From Candidatus Omnitrophota bacterium (lineage in GTDB: Bacteria > Omnitrophota > Gorgyraeia > Zapsychrales > JANLHA01): a stretch of DNA of 64,000 nucleotides. The DNA is taken from assembly GCA_963662715.1 (NCBI GenBank), contig OY759724.1:2074662-2138661 (forward strand), given 5' to 3'. Below the pieces are notes generated by a model. The model searched no databases. It was not told the DNA's origin and saw nothing but the letters and a program-made list of their open reading frames with translations. Made by a program: the position numbers and the translations under genes. Below are positions 57,642 to 64,000 of this stretch, piece by piece (within the stretch, counting starts at the first letter, position 1; each line of letters opens with the position of its first letter).

Positions 57642-59432
57642 ATGGATAAGTCACTGATTAGAAATTTTTCGATTATTGCCCATATTGACCACGGAAAATC
57701 GACCCTGGCGGATCGGTTGCTTTTATTTACCGGGGCGATCGATGAAAGAAAATTCCAGAATCAGCTTTTGGATGATATGGATATTGAACGGGAGAGGGGC
57801 ATCACAATTAAAGCTTCTGCCGTAAGGCTGGATTACAAAGCAGACAACGGCAAGTCATATGTTTTTAACTTGATTGATACCCCGGGGCATGTGGACTTTA
57901 CGTATGAGGTGGAAAAATCTCTGCGTGCATGTGAAGGGGCTCTGCTCGTCATCGATGCTTCGCAGGGGGTTGAATCGCAGACCGTGGCGAACAATTATCT
58001 TGCTATTGAAAGCAATCTGGAAATTCTGCCTGTGATTAATAAGATTGATATTGCCAACATTGATATTGATCACGCTAAGATGGAGTTTATGGATATTTTG
58101 AACTTTAAAGAAGAGGATATCCAGCTGGTTTCGGCCAAAGAAGGGGTTGGCATCAAGGAGCTGTTTGAAAAGATTGTCAGTTTCATCCCCTGCCCGGAAG
58201 GAGATGATCATGCGCCTCTGCAAGCTCTGATTTTCGATATGAAATATGACATTTATAAAGGAATTATTATTTATGTGCGCATCTTCAACGGCGTTATAGA
58301 TCCGGGGCTGAAGATCCTGATGATGCATACCGGGAAGGAGTTTTCCATAGAAGAGATCGGTGTTTTTCGCCCGGAAGCGACCAGGGTCAAGAAGCTTACA
58401 AGCGGCGAGGTCGGGTACATTACATGTAATGTCCACGACCCGAGAGAAGTCAGGGTGGGAGATACGATAACGGCTGTCGCCCGTCCGACAGTATCTCCGC
58501 TGGAAGGCTATCGCCAGCTGAATCCCATGGTTTTTTGTGGGGTTTATCCCGTCAATTCAAAAGATTTTATGTCTTTGCGGGAAGCCATCGATAAGCTGAG
58601 GCTGAATGACCCGAGTTTTGTTTTTGAGCCGGAAACCTCTCAGTCCTTTGGCCACGGATTCCGGTGCGGCTTCTTAGGGCTGCTGCACATGGAAATTGTG
58701 CAAGAACGCCTGCAGCGGGAATATGATCTCAACCTGATCTTGACGACGCCCAACGTTAAATACCGCCTTACAACTAAAAATAAAGAGACTTGTTATGTCG
58801 AGAATCCCGCCCAGTTGACGGAGCGGACCCAGATAGACCGGATCGAGGAACCGTATCTGGAGGTTTCCATCATGTCTCCCGTGGAATACATGGATAAGGT
58901 GATGGAGCTGTCCAAATCTAAAAGAGGGATCTATATCAAGAGTGAGTATGTCTCTGACCGTATGCGTATTCTTTTCGACATGCCCTTATCCGAAGTTATC
59001 GTTGATTATAACGATATGATTAAATCCGTAACGCGGGGCTACGGCTCCATCGATTACCGGTTCAAAGGCTATTATCCTGCCAAAATTTCTAAACTGGATA
59101 TTCTGATTAACGGAAAAGAATGCGATGCTTTCTCCTGCCTTGTGAACCAGGAGAGAGCTTATGAAAAGGGGGTTGCGTTAGTGAGTAAATTAAAAGAGCT
59201 GATCCCGCAACAGTTGTTTGAGGTCCGCATTCAGGCCACGTGTGACGGAAGGGTCATTTCCAGCGCCAAAGTGCGCTCAACAGGGAAAAATGTGACGGCG
59301 AAATGTTACGGGGGAGATATTACCCGCAAACGGAAATTGTGGGAAAAGCAGAAAGAAGGGAAAAAAAGGTTGAAGCAGATAGGGAATGTTGAGGTGCCGC
59401 AGGAGGCATTCTTGGCTGTATTAAAAATTTGA
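57642..59432 (+). CDS. lepA: Translation elongation factor 4 (LepA)
   Basis: IRNFSIIAHIDHGKSTLADR, LIDTPGHVDF and NKID G-domain motifs. C-terminal LepA region (YGGDITRKRKLWEKQKEGKKR). Confidence 0.95.
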   Translation: MDKSLIRNFSIIAHIDHGKSTLADRLLLFTGAIDERKFQNQLLDDMDIERERGITIKASAVRLDYKADNGKSYVFNLIDTPGHVDFTYEVEKSLRACEGALLVIDASQGVESQTVANNYLAIESNLEILPVINKIDIANIDIDHAKMEFMDILNFKEEDIQLVSAKEGVGIKELFEKIVSFIPCPEGDDHAPLQALIFDMKYDIYKGIIIYVRIFNGVIDPGLKILMMHTGKEFSIEEIGVFRPEATRVKKLTSGEVGYITCNVHDPREVRVGDTITAVARPTVSPLEGYRQLNPMVFCGVYPVNSKDFMSLREAIDKLRLNDPSFVFEPETSQSFGHGFRCGFLGLLHMEIVQERLQREYDLNLILTTPNVKYRLTTKNKETCYVENPAQLTERTQIDRIEEPYLEVSIMSPVEYMDKVMELSKSKRGIYIKSEYVSDRMRILFDMPLSEVIVDYNDMIKSVTRGYGSIDYRFKGYYPAKISKLDILINGKECDAFSCLVNQERAYEKGVALVSKLKELIPQQLFEVRIQATCDGRVISSAKVRSTGKNVTAKCYGGDITRKRKLWEKQKEGKKRLKQIGNVEVPQEAFLAVLKI

Positions 59433-59443
59433 CGGAGAGATTT

Positions 59444-60175
59444 ATGGAAGACATTCATTGGAAGGATCAATATGATAAGCTGATCGCGGAAGGAAAAAAA
59501 AGCGGATTCCTCCACCGGGATGCGATCACCAAGAGCCTTCAATCCGCCGGGGCCGATGAGCAAGAGCTTCAGCAGGCGCTGGTGAATTTGCATGATGAAG
59601 GCATTGAAATTGTCAGGAAGTCGGCCACCCGCGAATGGGTGGAATCCATTGTTATCGCCTTTATTCTTGCCATGTTTATCCGGGAATTCTTCTTCCAGGC
59701 TTTCCGGATTCCAAGCGGGTCTATGCGGAACACCCTCCTGGAGGGGGATCGGCTGCTGGTTAATAAATTGTATTATGGCCCCAAGATTCGGTTTACCCAA
59801 AAACGTTTGCCGGGGTTCACGACCCCGCATCGGGGAGATGTTATTGTCTTTATTTACCCGCTTGACCCCAAAAGAGATTTTATTAAACGACTTATAGCCG
59901 TGGGCGGGGAGATCGTAGAAATAAAGGACGGCGATATCTTTATTAACGGGAAGCTGATTGAAAATCCTTTGATTAAGAACACTTTCTACTATAATTACGG
60001 CAATGCTTTGCCGGGCCAGAAGATCAAGGTTCCGGAAGGGCATTATTTCGTTTTAGGCGATAACAGTGCCTCGAGCAGTGACAGCCGTTATTGGGGGTTT
60101 GTGCCGGAAAACAATGTTGTCGGGAAGGCCGCTTTGATTTACTGGCCTCCGCAACGCATACGCCTGATAAAATAG
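59444..60175 (+). CDS. lepB: Signal peptidase I with an N-terminal cytoplasmic sigma-70-region-1.1-like extension
   Basis: S26 boxes IPSGSMRNTL, RGDVIVF, KRLIAVGGE and VLGDNSASSSDSRYWG. A single TM (WVESIVIAFILAMFIREFFF) follows about 65 N-terminal residues. RBS GGAGAG before ATG 59444. Confidence 0.9.
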   Translation: MEDIHWKDQYDKLIAEGKKSGFLHRDAITKSLQSAGADEQELQQALVNLHDEGIEIVRKSATREWVESIVIAFILAMFIREFFFQAFRIPSGSMRNTLLEGDRLLVNKLYYGPKIRFTQKRLPGFTTPHRGDVIVFIYPLDPKRDFIKRLIAVGGEIVEIKDGDIFINGKLIENPLIKNTFYYNYGNALPGQKIKVPEGHYFVLGDNSASSSDSRYWGFVPENNVVGKAALIYWPPQRIRLIK

Positions 60176-60219
60176 GGTTATGCCTGTGTGAGATTTTTGA
60201 ACCCAGCCTGAGGGATCAG

Positions 60220-60630
60220 ATGAGAAAGATGTTGCGGAAGAGTTTGAATATCGGCGTCGCCGGGTATTTCTTCGTCAGCCTGTTGTTTCTTCTTCTGTCG
60301 GGATGTGCTTCTTTTGGGCAGCAAAAAGGATCTCTTCAGAAAACGGACGGGAAGCTCCGAAAAGAAACGAAAGAAGAGATCCTTTCCGCGGCAGGGACAG
60401 TTGTGGAAGCCGTGAGCGGACAGGATATGACAGAAGAGGAATTAAAGGATTTTGTGGAGAATATGCGCAAGGATGAAGAGGCTCAGGAGGCGGTGGAAAC
60501 CATCGCTGATGCCTTGGACCAGAATCATAAAAAAGTGAAATATTGCCCTGTGACCGGAAAAAGATACCGTTATAGTCTTGAAAGATGTCCGATTCATAAT
60601 GTGCCGTTGAAAGTATTAGGGGAAGAATAA
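60220..60630 (+). CDS. Small lipoprotein, hypothetical
   Basis: Signal peptide with lipobox LLSGC. An acidic helical middle region. C-terminal CPVTG...CPIH pattern. The start was trimmed from track ORF 60091 to ATG 60220. Confidence 0.6.
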   Translation: MRKMLRKSLNIGVAGYFFVSLLFLLLSGCASFGQQKGSLQKTDGKLRKETKEEILSAAGTVVEAVSGQDMTEEELKDFVENMRKDEEAQEAVETIADALDQNHKKVKYCPVTGKRYRYSLERCPIHNVPLKVLGEE

Positions 60631-60663
60631 TGCTTTGCGGTTGTGATATTTTTGGTTCGCCCC

Positions 60664-61236
60664 ATGCCGGTTACCTTAGCCAATAGGATTACTCTTATCC
60701 GTATTTTGTTAGTGCCATTTTTTATCATGGCGCTTTTGTATTATTCCCCTGAACAAACCTTTTGGCTTCGTGTGGCTTTGGCGATATTATTGCTGGCGGT
60801 GTTCTCGGATATCGCCGACGGGTATTTGGCGAGAAAACGGGGCGAGAAAAGTTCTTTGGGAATTCTGCTGGACCCGTTAGCCGATAAAATGTTATTGATG
60901 AGCGGTTTTATCTGCCTGAATCAGATCGGCGTTCATTTGCCTGTTTTTAGATTCCCGACGTGGTTGATCGTGACGGCCATCAGCAGAGATGTTGTCCTGA
61001 TCGTCGGTTCCGCTTTGATCGTCATTCATCACGGGAGCCTGTGCATTGAAGCGACCTGGTGGGGCAAAATTTCCACGATGAGCCAGGTTGCTGTCATCGC
61101 GGGGATGTTGTTGCAGTGGTCCTGGTCGGAATTGTTGTGGCCTTTTGTCGTCTTGTCCTGCGGGGTGTCAGGCCTGGACTATTTGATGAAAGGATTTAAA
61201 TTATTAAACATCGAGAATCCCGGAGGTTCGTCCTGA
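60664..61236 (+). CDS. pgsA: CDP-diacylglycerol--glycerol-3-phosphate 3-phosphatidyltransferase (CDP-alcohol phosphatidyltransferase family)
   Basis: Motif DIADGYLARKRGEKSSLGILLDPLADK. N-terminal NRITLIRI. Confidence 0.85.
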   Translation: MPVTLANRITLIRILLVPFFIMALLYYSPEQTFWLRVALAILLLAVFSDIADGYLARKRGEKSSLGILLDPLADKMLLMSGFICLNQIGVHLPVFRFPTWLIVTAISRDVVLIVGSALIVIHHGSLCIEATWWGKISTMSQVAVIAGMLLQWSWSELLWPFVVLSCGVSGLDYLMKGFKLLNIENPGGSS

Positions 61237-61260
61237 CGGGAGTTAACAGAGGATAACAAC

Positions 61261-61881
61261 ATGTTCCTTTTATGGGGATTGATTCTGAGTTATTTGATCG
61301 GCTCGTTTCCAACGGCCTATGTTTTTGTCCGGGTGCTGAAAGGTGTCGATATCAGAGACTATGGTTCGGGCAATGTCGGAGCCACGAATGCCTCCCGTGT
61401 TTTGGGAAAAGGGCCGGGGCTCTTTGTCCTTTTCCTTGATGTCGTCAAGGGCATCCTGCCTGTCGTATGGCTGGGAGGCGCTTTATCCTTGGAGGGCATT
61501 GTTGAATGTGTTTTGTTAGGCGTTGCCGTCGTCTGCGGGCATAACTGGTCCGTCTTTTTAAGGTTCAAAGGGGGGAAAGGCATTGCTACAAGTCTGGGCG
61601 TGTTAATCGGCCTGGCTATGAATTTCCCCCCTTTTCGCCCGGTCCTGATTCTGACATTATCTTTGTGGACAGTTATTTTCTTCGTGACGGGTTATGTTTC
61701 GCTTTCCTCTATAACCGCGGGGTTCGGCTTGCCTGTCTTTATGATCCTGACACATCAGGTTGTAGAGATGATTATTCTAGGATGTATACTTTGTGTCTTT
61801 GTTTTTCTCCGGCATATCCCCAATATCCGACGGCTCCTTCAGGGGCAGGAGTCCCGCATGAATTTGTTCCCCAGAAAGTGA
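61261..61881 (+). CDS. plsY: Glycerol-3-phosphate acyltransferase PlsY
   Basis: YLIGSFPTAY, GSGNVGATNASRVLG and FKGGKGIAT motifs. Confidence 0.9.
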   Translation: MFLLWGLILSYLIGSFPTAYVFVRVLKGVDIRDYGSGNVGATNASRVLGKGPGLFVLFLDVVKGILPVVWLGGALSLEGIVECVLLGVAVVCGHNWSVFLRFKGGKGIATSLGVLIGLAMNFPPFRPVLILTLSLWTVIFFVTGYVSLSSITAGFGLPVFMILTHQVVEMIILGCILCVFVFLRHIPNIRRLLQGQESRMNLFPRK

Positions 61882-62035
61882 ATTTCTCTTTCTTTCGGCT
61901 TATTTCCGTAAGTCCTATATTCCCTGCGGGTAGGGGTGCCCACCTGCGCAGCTTTTAAAAAAAATATTGCATAAAAAATTGCCGGTTAAAGAAAGCGTTT
62001 TTTTGTCCCGTCGCTGCCGGAAAAATATTTTTGAA

Positions 62036-62049
62036 AGAAAGCGCTTTCT
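62036..62049. promoter_or_regulatory. Perfect 14-bp palindrome AGAAAGCGCTTTCT (operator-like) upstream of the orphan-gene promoter
   Basis: The palindrome was read directly. Its half-site AGAAAGCG also occurs at 61990-61997. It lies about 20 bp upstream of the candidate -35 box. Confidence 0.3.
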
Positions 62050-62068
62050 CCCCTAAAAGGCGATGACC

Positions 62069-62096
62069 TTGCCTGCCGGAATCCACATGTTATACT
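62069..62096 (+). promoter_or_regulatory. Candidate promoter of the AT-rich orphan gene
   Basis: TTGCCT (62069-62074), a 16-nt spacer, then TATACT (62091-62096). Confidence 0.4.
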
Positions 62097-62143
62097 TTGA
62101 TTGTAAGTTCCCAATAAACATTCTTGCCCTTGAGGGGGAGGAC

Positions 62144-62497
62144 ATGCGGAAAATATTATATAAAAAACGCCATTCTTTTAAACACCGTCGGAAAATTATT
62201 TTGATTAAAGAGATGGCCGAAGATAAAGAATGCCGGACAATAGTTCAAAAAAGTTTTATTTACAAAATTAGAAATTCGGGGTATACTAATACTGTTGATA
62301 CGCATCCAGAGATATTCGTTAGAAAACATATTGATAACAAACAGCAGAAAGAAGTTTTTCATTTTAAAGTTAAAGGTTCATTCTCATTGAGGCAGGGACG
62401 GCATTCTTACAAAGTTGAATTTTGTCATATTTTGAAAATAAATATTTTTTGGAAAGCAAAAATTTTCTCCCCCAAAAAGTCAGGAACTCTGACTTAG
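62144..62497 (+). CDS. Orphan small, very basic hypothetical protein (117 aa) in a visibly AT-rich segment
   Basis: A strong RBS GGGGGAGG lies 3-4 nt before ATG 62144. The N-terminus is MRKILYKKRHSFKHRRK. A strong terminator follows. No recognisable family. Confidence 0.5.
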   Translation: MRKILYKKRHSFKHRRKIILIKEMAEDKECRTIVQKSFIYKIRNSGYTNTVDTHPEIFVRKHIDNKQQKEVFHFKVKGSFSLRQGRHSYKVEFCHILKINIFWKAKIFSPKKSGTLT

Positions 62498-62529
62498 CTG
62501 CTTGTGTTTAATCAACACTAGCCGAGGAT

Positions 62530-62567
62530 GAGCGGCAGTCTTTTCGAAGACTGCCGCTCGTTTTTTA
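62530..62567 (+). terminator. Rho-independent terminator
   Basis: A 13-bp perfect stem, gagcggcagtctt (62530-62542) with aagactgccgctc (62547-62559), loop ttcg, followed by a T-tract gttttttatt. Confidence 0.85.
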
Positions 62568-62665
62568 TTCAATAAAATCTTATCTTGAAAACAAAGCACT
62601 TTTTCTATAAACTACCATTAATATTAGAAATTAAAAAAGACTAATAATTTAATATATATTGTCTT

Positions 62666-63433
62666 ATGAGAAACAAAATCGTATGGCTACCTGTTATCAT
62701 ATCAGTGTTGGGCTGTGCTACCGTTCATCCTGATAATAATATATCTCCGCAGACCCCCGTTGGCACTACAGAACAACAGGAGGATGTTGCCGACACAGAG
62801 CTGGATATCCCAGACACCTCCCCGGCTTCTGTTTTAGAGGATATCTCCTTGCAGGATGTGGCAGAGGAATCAGCTTCTTCAGCAGAGGAAGCAGAAAGAT
62901 TGTTAATCCCTTCCGGGTCCGTGTTCGCCAAGACCGTGTTTGAAGGTGTTGTAAAAACAAGCTATGTCCAATTGAGTATTGTTGACATCACCGACCCCCA
63001 AAAAGTTTTTCAACTGATCATCGGGGACAAGGACCGGCAGAAAAATTTGCCGTGGAATATTCAGACAGTCAAACCAGGCTATTTCTTTATCGATTTGCCT
63101 GTTGGGCGGTATCGGATTAATTCGATTACGATCCCCGTGGGGACAACTTTAGCCACAGAGCCGATGGACGTTTCTTTTGATGTTGAGCTGGACAAAACGA
63201 TTTACCTCGGGACATTAAGAGTCATTGGAGAAAAGGAGCGGATTAAACTCGGCGGTGTCCCGATTATCAAGCCGGGTTTTGAATATACCTTGCAGGTCCT
63301 CGATGAAAGAACAGAAGCTCAGAAGGAGTTCCTGCGACGCTTCCCGGAACATCATGGCAGCATTGATTACCAGCTCATGGAAATCAACGCCTTCCGTAAT
63401 ACCCACGAACTTCTCCAGAAGGATAATTCCTGA
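62666..63433 (+). CDS. Lipoprotein, hypothetical (acidic linker plus predicted beta-rich domain)
   Basis: Signal peptide with lipobox VLGC. An acidic low-complexity linker (QQEDVADTELDIPDTSPASVLEDISLQDVAEESASSAEEAE). The C-terminal region has VKPGYFFIDLPVGRYRINSITIP. Confidence 0.65.
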   Translation: MRNKIVWLPVIISVLGCATVHPDNNISPQTPVGTTEQQEDVADTELDIPDTSPASVLEDISLQDVAEESASSAEEAERLLIPSGSVFAKTVFEGVVKTSYVQLSIVDITDPQKVFQLIIGDKDRQKNLPWNIQTVKPGYFFIDLPVGRYRINSITIPVGTTLATEPMDVSFDVELDKTIYLGTLRVIGEKERIKLGGVPIIKPGFEYTLQVLDERTEAQKEFLRRFPEHHGSIDYQLMEINAFRNTHELLQKDNS

Positions 63434-63596
63434 AAATATTTTTGAATTTTTGCCGGATCCTCAGCGGAACAAGAGAAAAGAATCGCTGCGGGGAACTAAA
63501 AAAAGTGCAAGAACAGATGGTCAGTTGGGATCTTTATGGTAAAATACGTTCTATAAGTCTTTATTGAGTAAGATTTAACCGTAAAGGAGGTTCTTC

Positions 63597-64000
63597 ATGT
63601 CCAGGACATTAGCTCTTGTTGTTATAGTGATGATGGTGTTGTCGGGATGCGTGACATCATCTCCTAATTCTAGCAATGTCAATATGCTGCAGATGCGGGT
63701 CGGTGAGCTTGAGCGGGAAGTGCAGACAAAGGATAATGAGATCAAAGATTTGCAGTATCAGATTAAAGATTTGAGTTATGAGATTGACCGGTTGAAAAAT
63801 AAATCCCCCCGTATGGAAAAGCGGCCTGCCGTAAGCTCAGCGGTTCCCGCCAGCAGTAAAACAGAGGCGGATGATGATATTATCCGGGTTAAAGCCAGTA
63901 TCCGGCAGGTGCAGGTGGCTCTGAAGAAAGCCGGTTATTATAAAGGAAACATCGACGGGAAAGTCGGAGACATGACCAAGACCGCTATCAGCGATTTTCA
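63597..64000 (+). CDS. Lipoprotein with a coiled-coil segment and a peptidoglycan-binding (PG_binding_1-like) domain; 3' end lies outside the window
   Basis: My own translation (the ORF is not in the track because it runs off the end): MSRTLALVVIVMMVLSGC lipobox; heptad region ELEREVQTKDNEIKDLQYQIKDLSYEIDRLK; then VQVALKKAGYYKGNIDGKVGDMTKTAISDF. RBS AAGGAGG at 63584-63590. Confidence 0.75.
   Translation, partial: MSRTLALVVIVMMVLSGCVTSSPNSSNVNMLQMRVGELEREVQTKDNEIKDLQYQIKDLSYEIDRLKNKSPRMEKRPAVSSAVPASSKTEADDDIIRVKASIRQVQVALKKAGYYKGNIDGKVGDMTKTAISDF

Noticed and set aside
59306-60043. 245-aa minus-strand ORF
   Set aside because: It is antisense to the lepA 3' end and lepB, both of which have unambiguous catalytic motifs on the + strand.
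62063-62143. TTG start at 62063 for the orphan ORF (144 aa)
   Set aside because: The extension would begin upstream of the candidate -35/-10 elements and lacks an RBS. ATG 62144 has a strong GGGGGAGG Shine-Dalgarno sequence.
1-64000. CRISPR arrays, IS elements, transposases, long direct or inverted repeats
   Set aside because: Reading the intergenic regions found only short hairpins and palindromes. There is no regularly spaced repeat array and no transposase- or integrase-like ORF.

Overview
This is a 64 kb bacterial chromosomal window. About 58 genes are called on the + strand and one on the - strand. I could not determine the taxon by reading alone.

Positions 1-23155 hold a cell-envelope glycan assembly locus. 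It contains GT4 and GT2 glycosyltransferases, a SAM methyltransferase, three Wzy_C/O-antigen-ligase-like membrane proteins and a YfhO-type GT-C protein. It also has two divergent GDP-mannose 4,6-dehydratases, an AsnB-type amidotransferase, a fused ADH/Gfo-Idh-MocA oxidoreductase, an uncharacterised enzyme, WecB, WecG/TagA and a WbaP-type initiating phosphotransferase.

The rest of the window is core housekeeping, in this order:
- pgk-tpiA-secG, an Opp/Dpp-type ABC importer, a polytopic TPR membrane protein, glgC and fabV.
- An excisionase-type HTH gene overlapping a non-canonical ACP, then smc (interrupted by a frameshift).
- A GAF-GGDEF cyclase (minus strand, also frameshifted), a cvpA-like gene, NIF3, dnaG and rpoD.
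- Two tRNAs, a COG1579 zinc-ribbon protein, RNase HI and RNase P RNA.
- yebC-ruvC-ruvA-scpB, then pheA-hisC-DAHP synthase-tyrA, cmk, lepA and lepB.
- A lipoprotein, pgsA, plsY, an AT-rich orphan cassette and two more lipoproteins.

I saw no CRISPR array, transposase, integrase or recognisable defence gene.

The observations most worth follow-up are:
- A signal peptidase I whose cytoplasmic N-terminus resembles sigma-70 region 1.1 of the RpoD encoded in the same window.
- The translationally coupled asnB / bi-domain oxidoreductase / unknown / wecB / wecG cassette.
- The three Wzy_C paralogues, with no flippase or export gene in view.
- The HTH-ACP overlap upstream of smc.
- Two frameshifts 1.5 kb apart in adjacent genes.
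- A self-contained AT-rich orphan cassette with an operator-like palindrome.

All calls come from reading motifs by eye. No database search was run.
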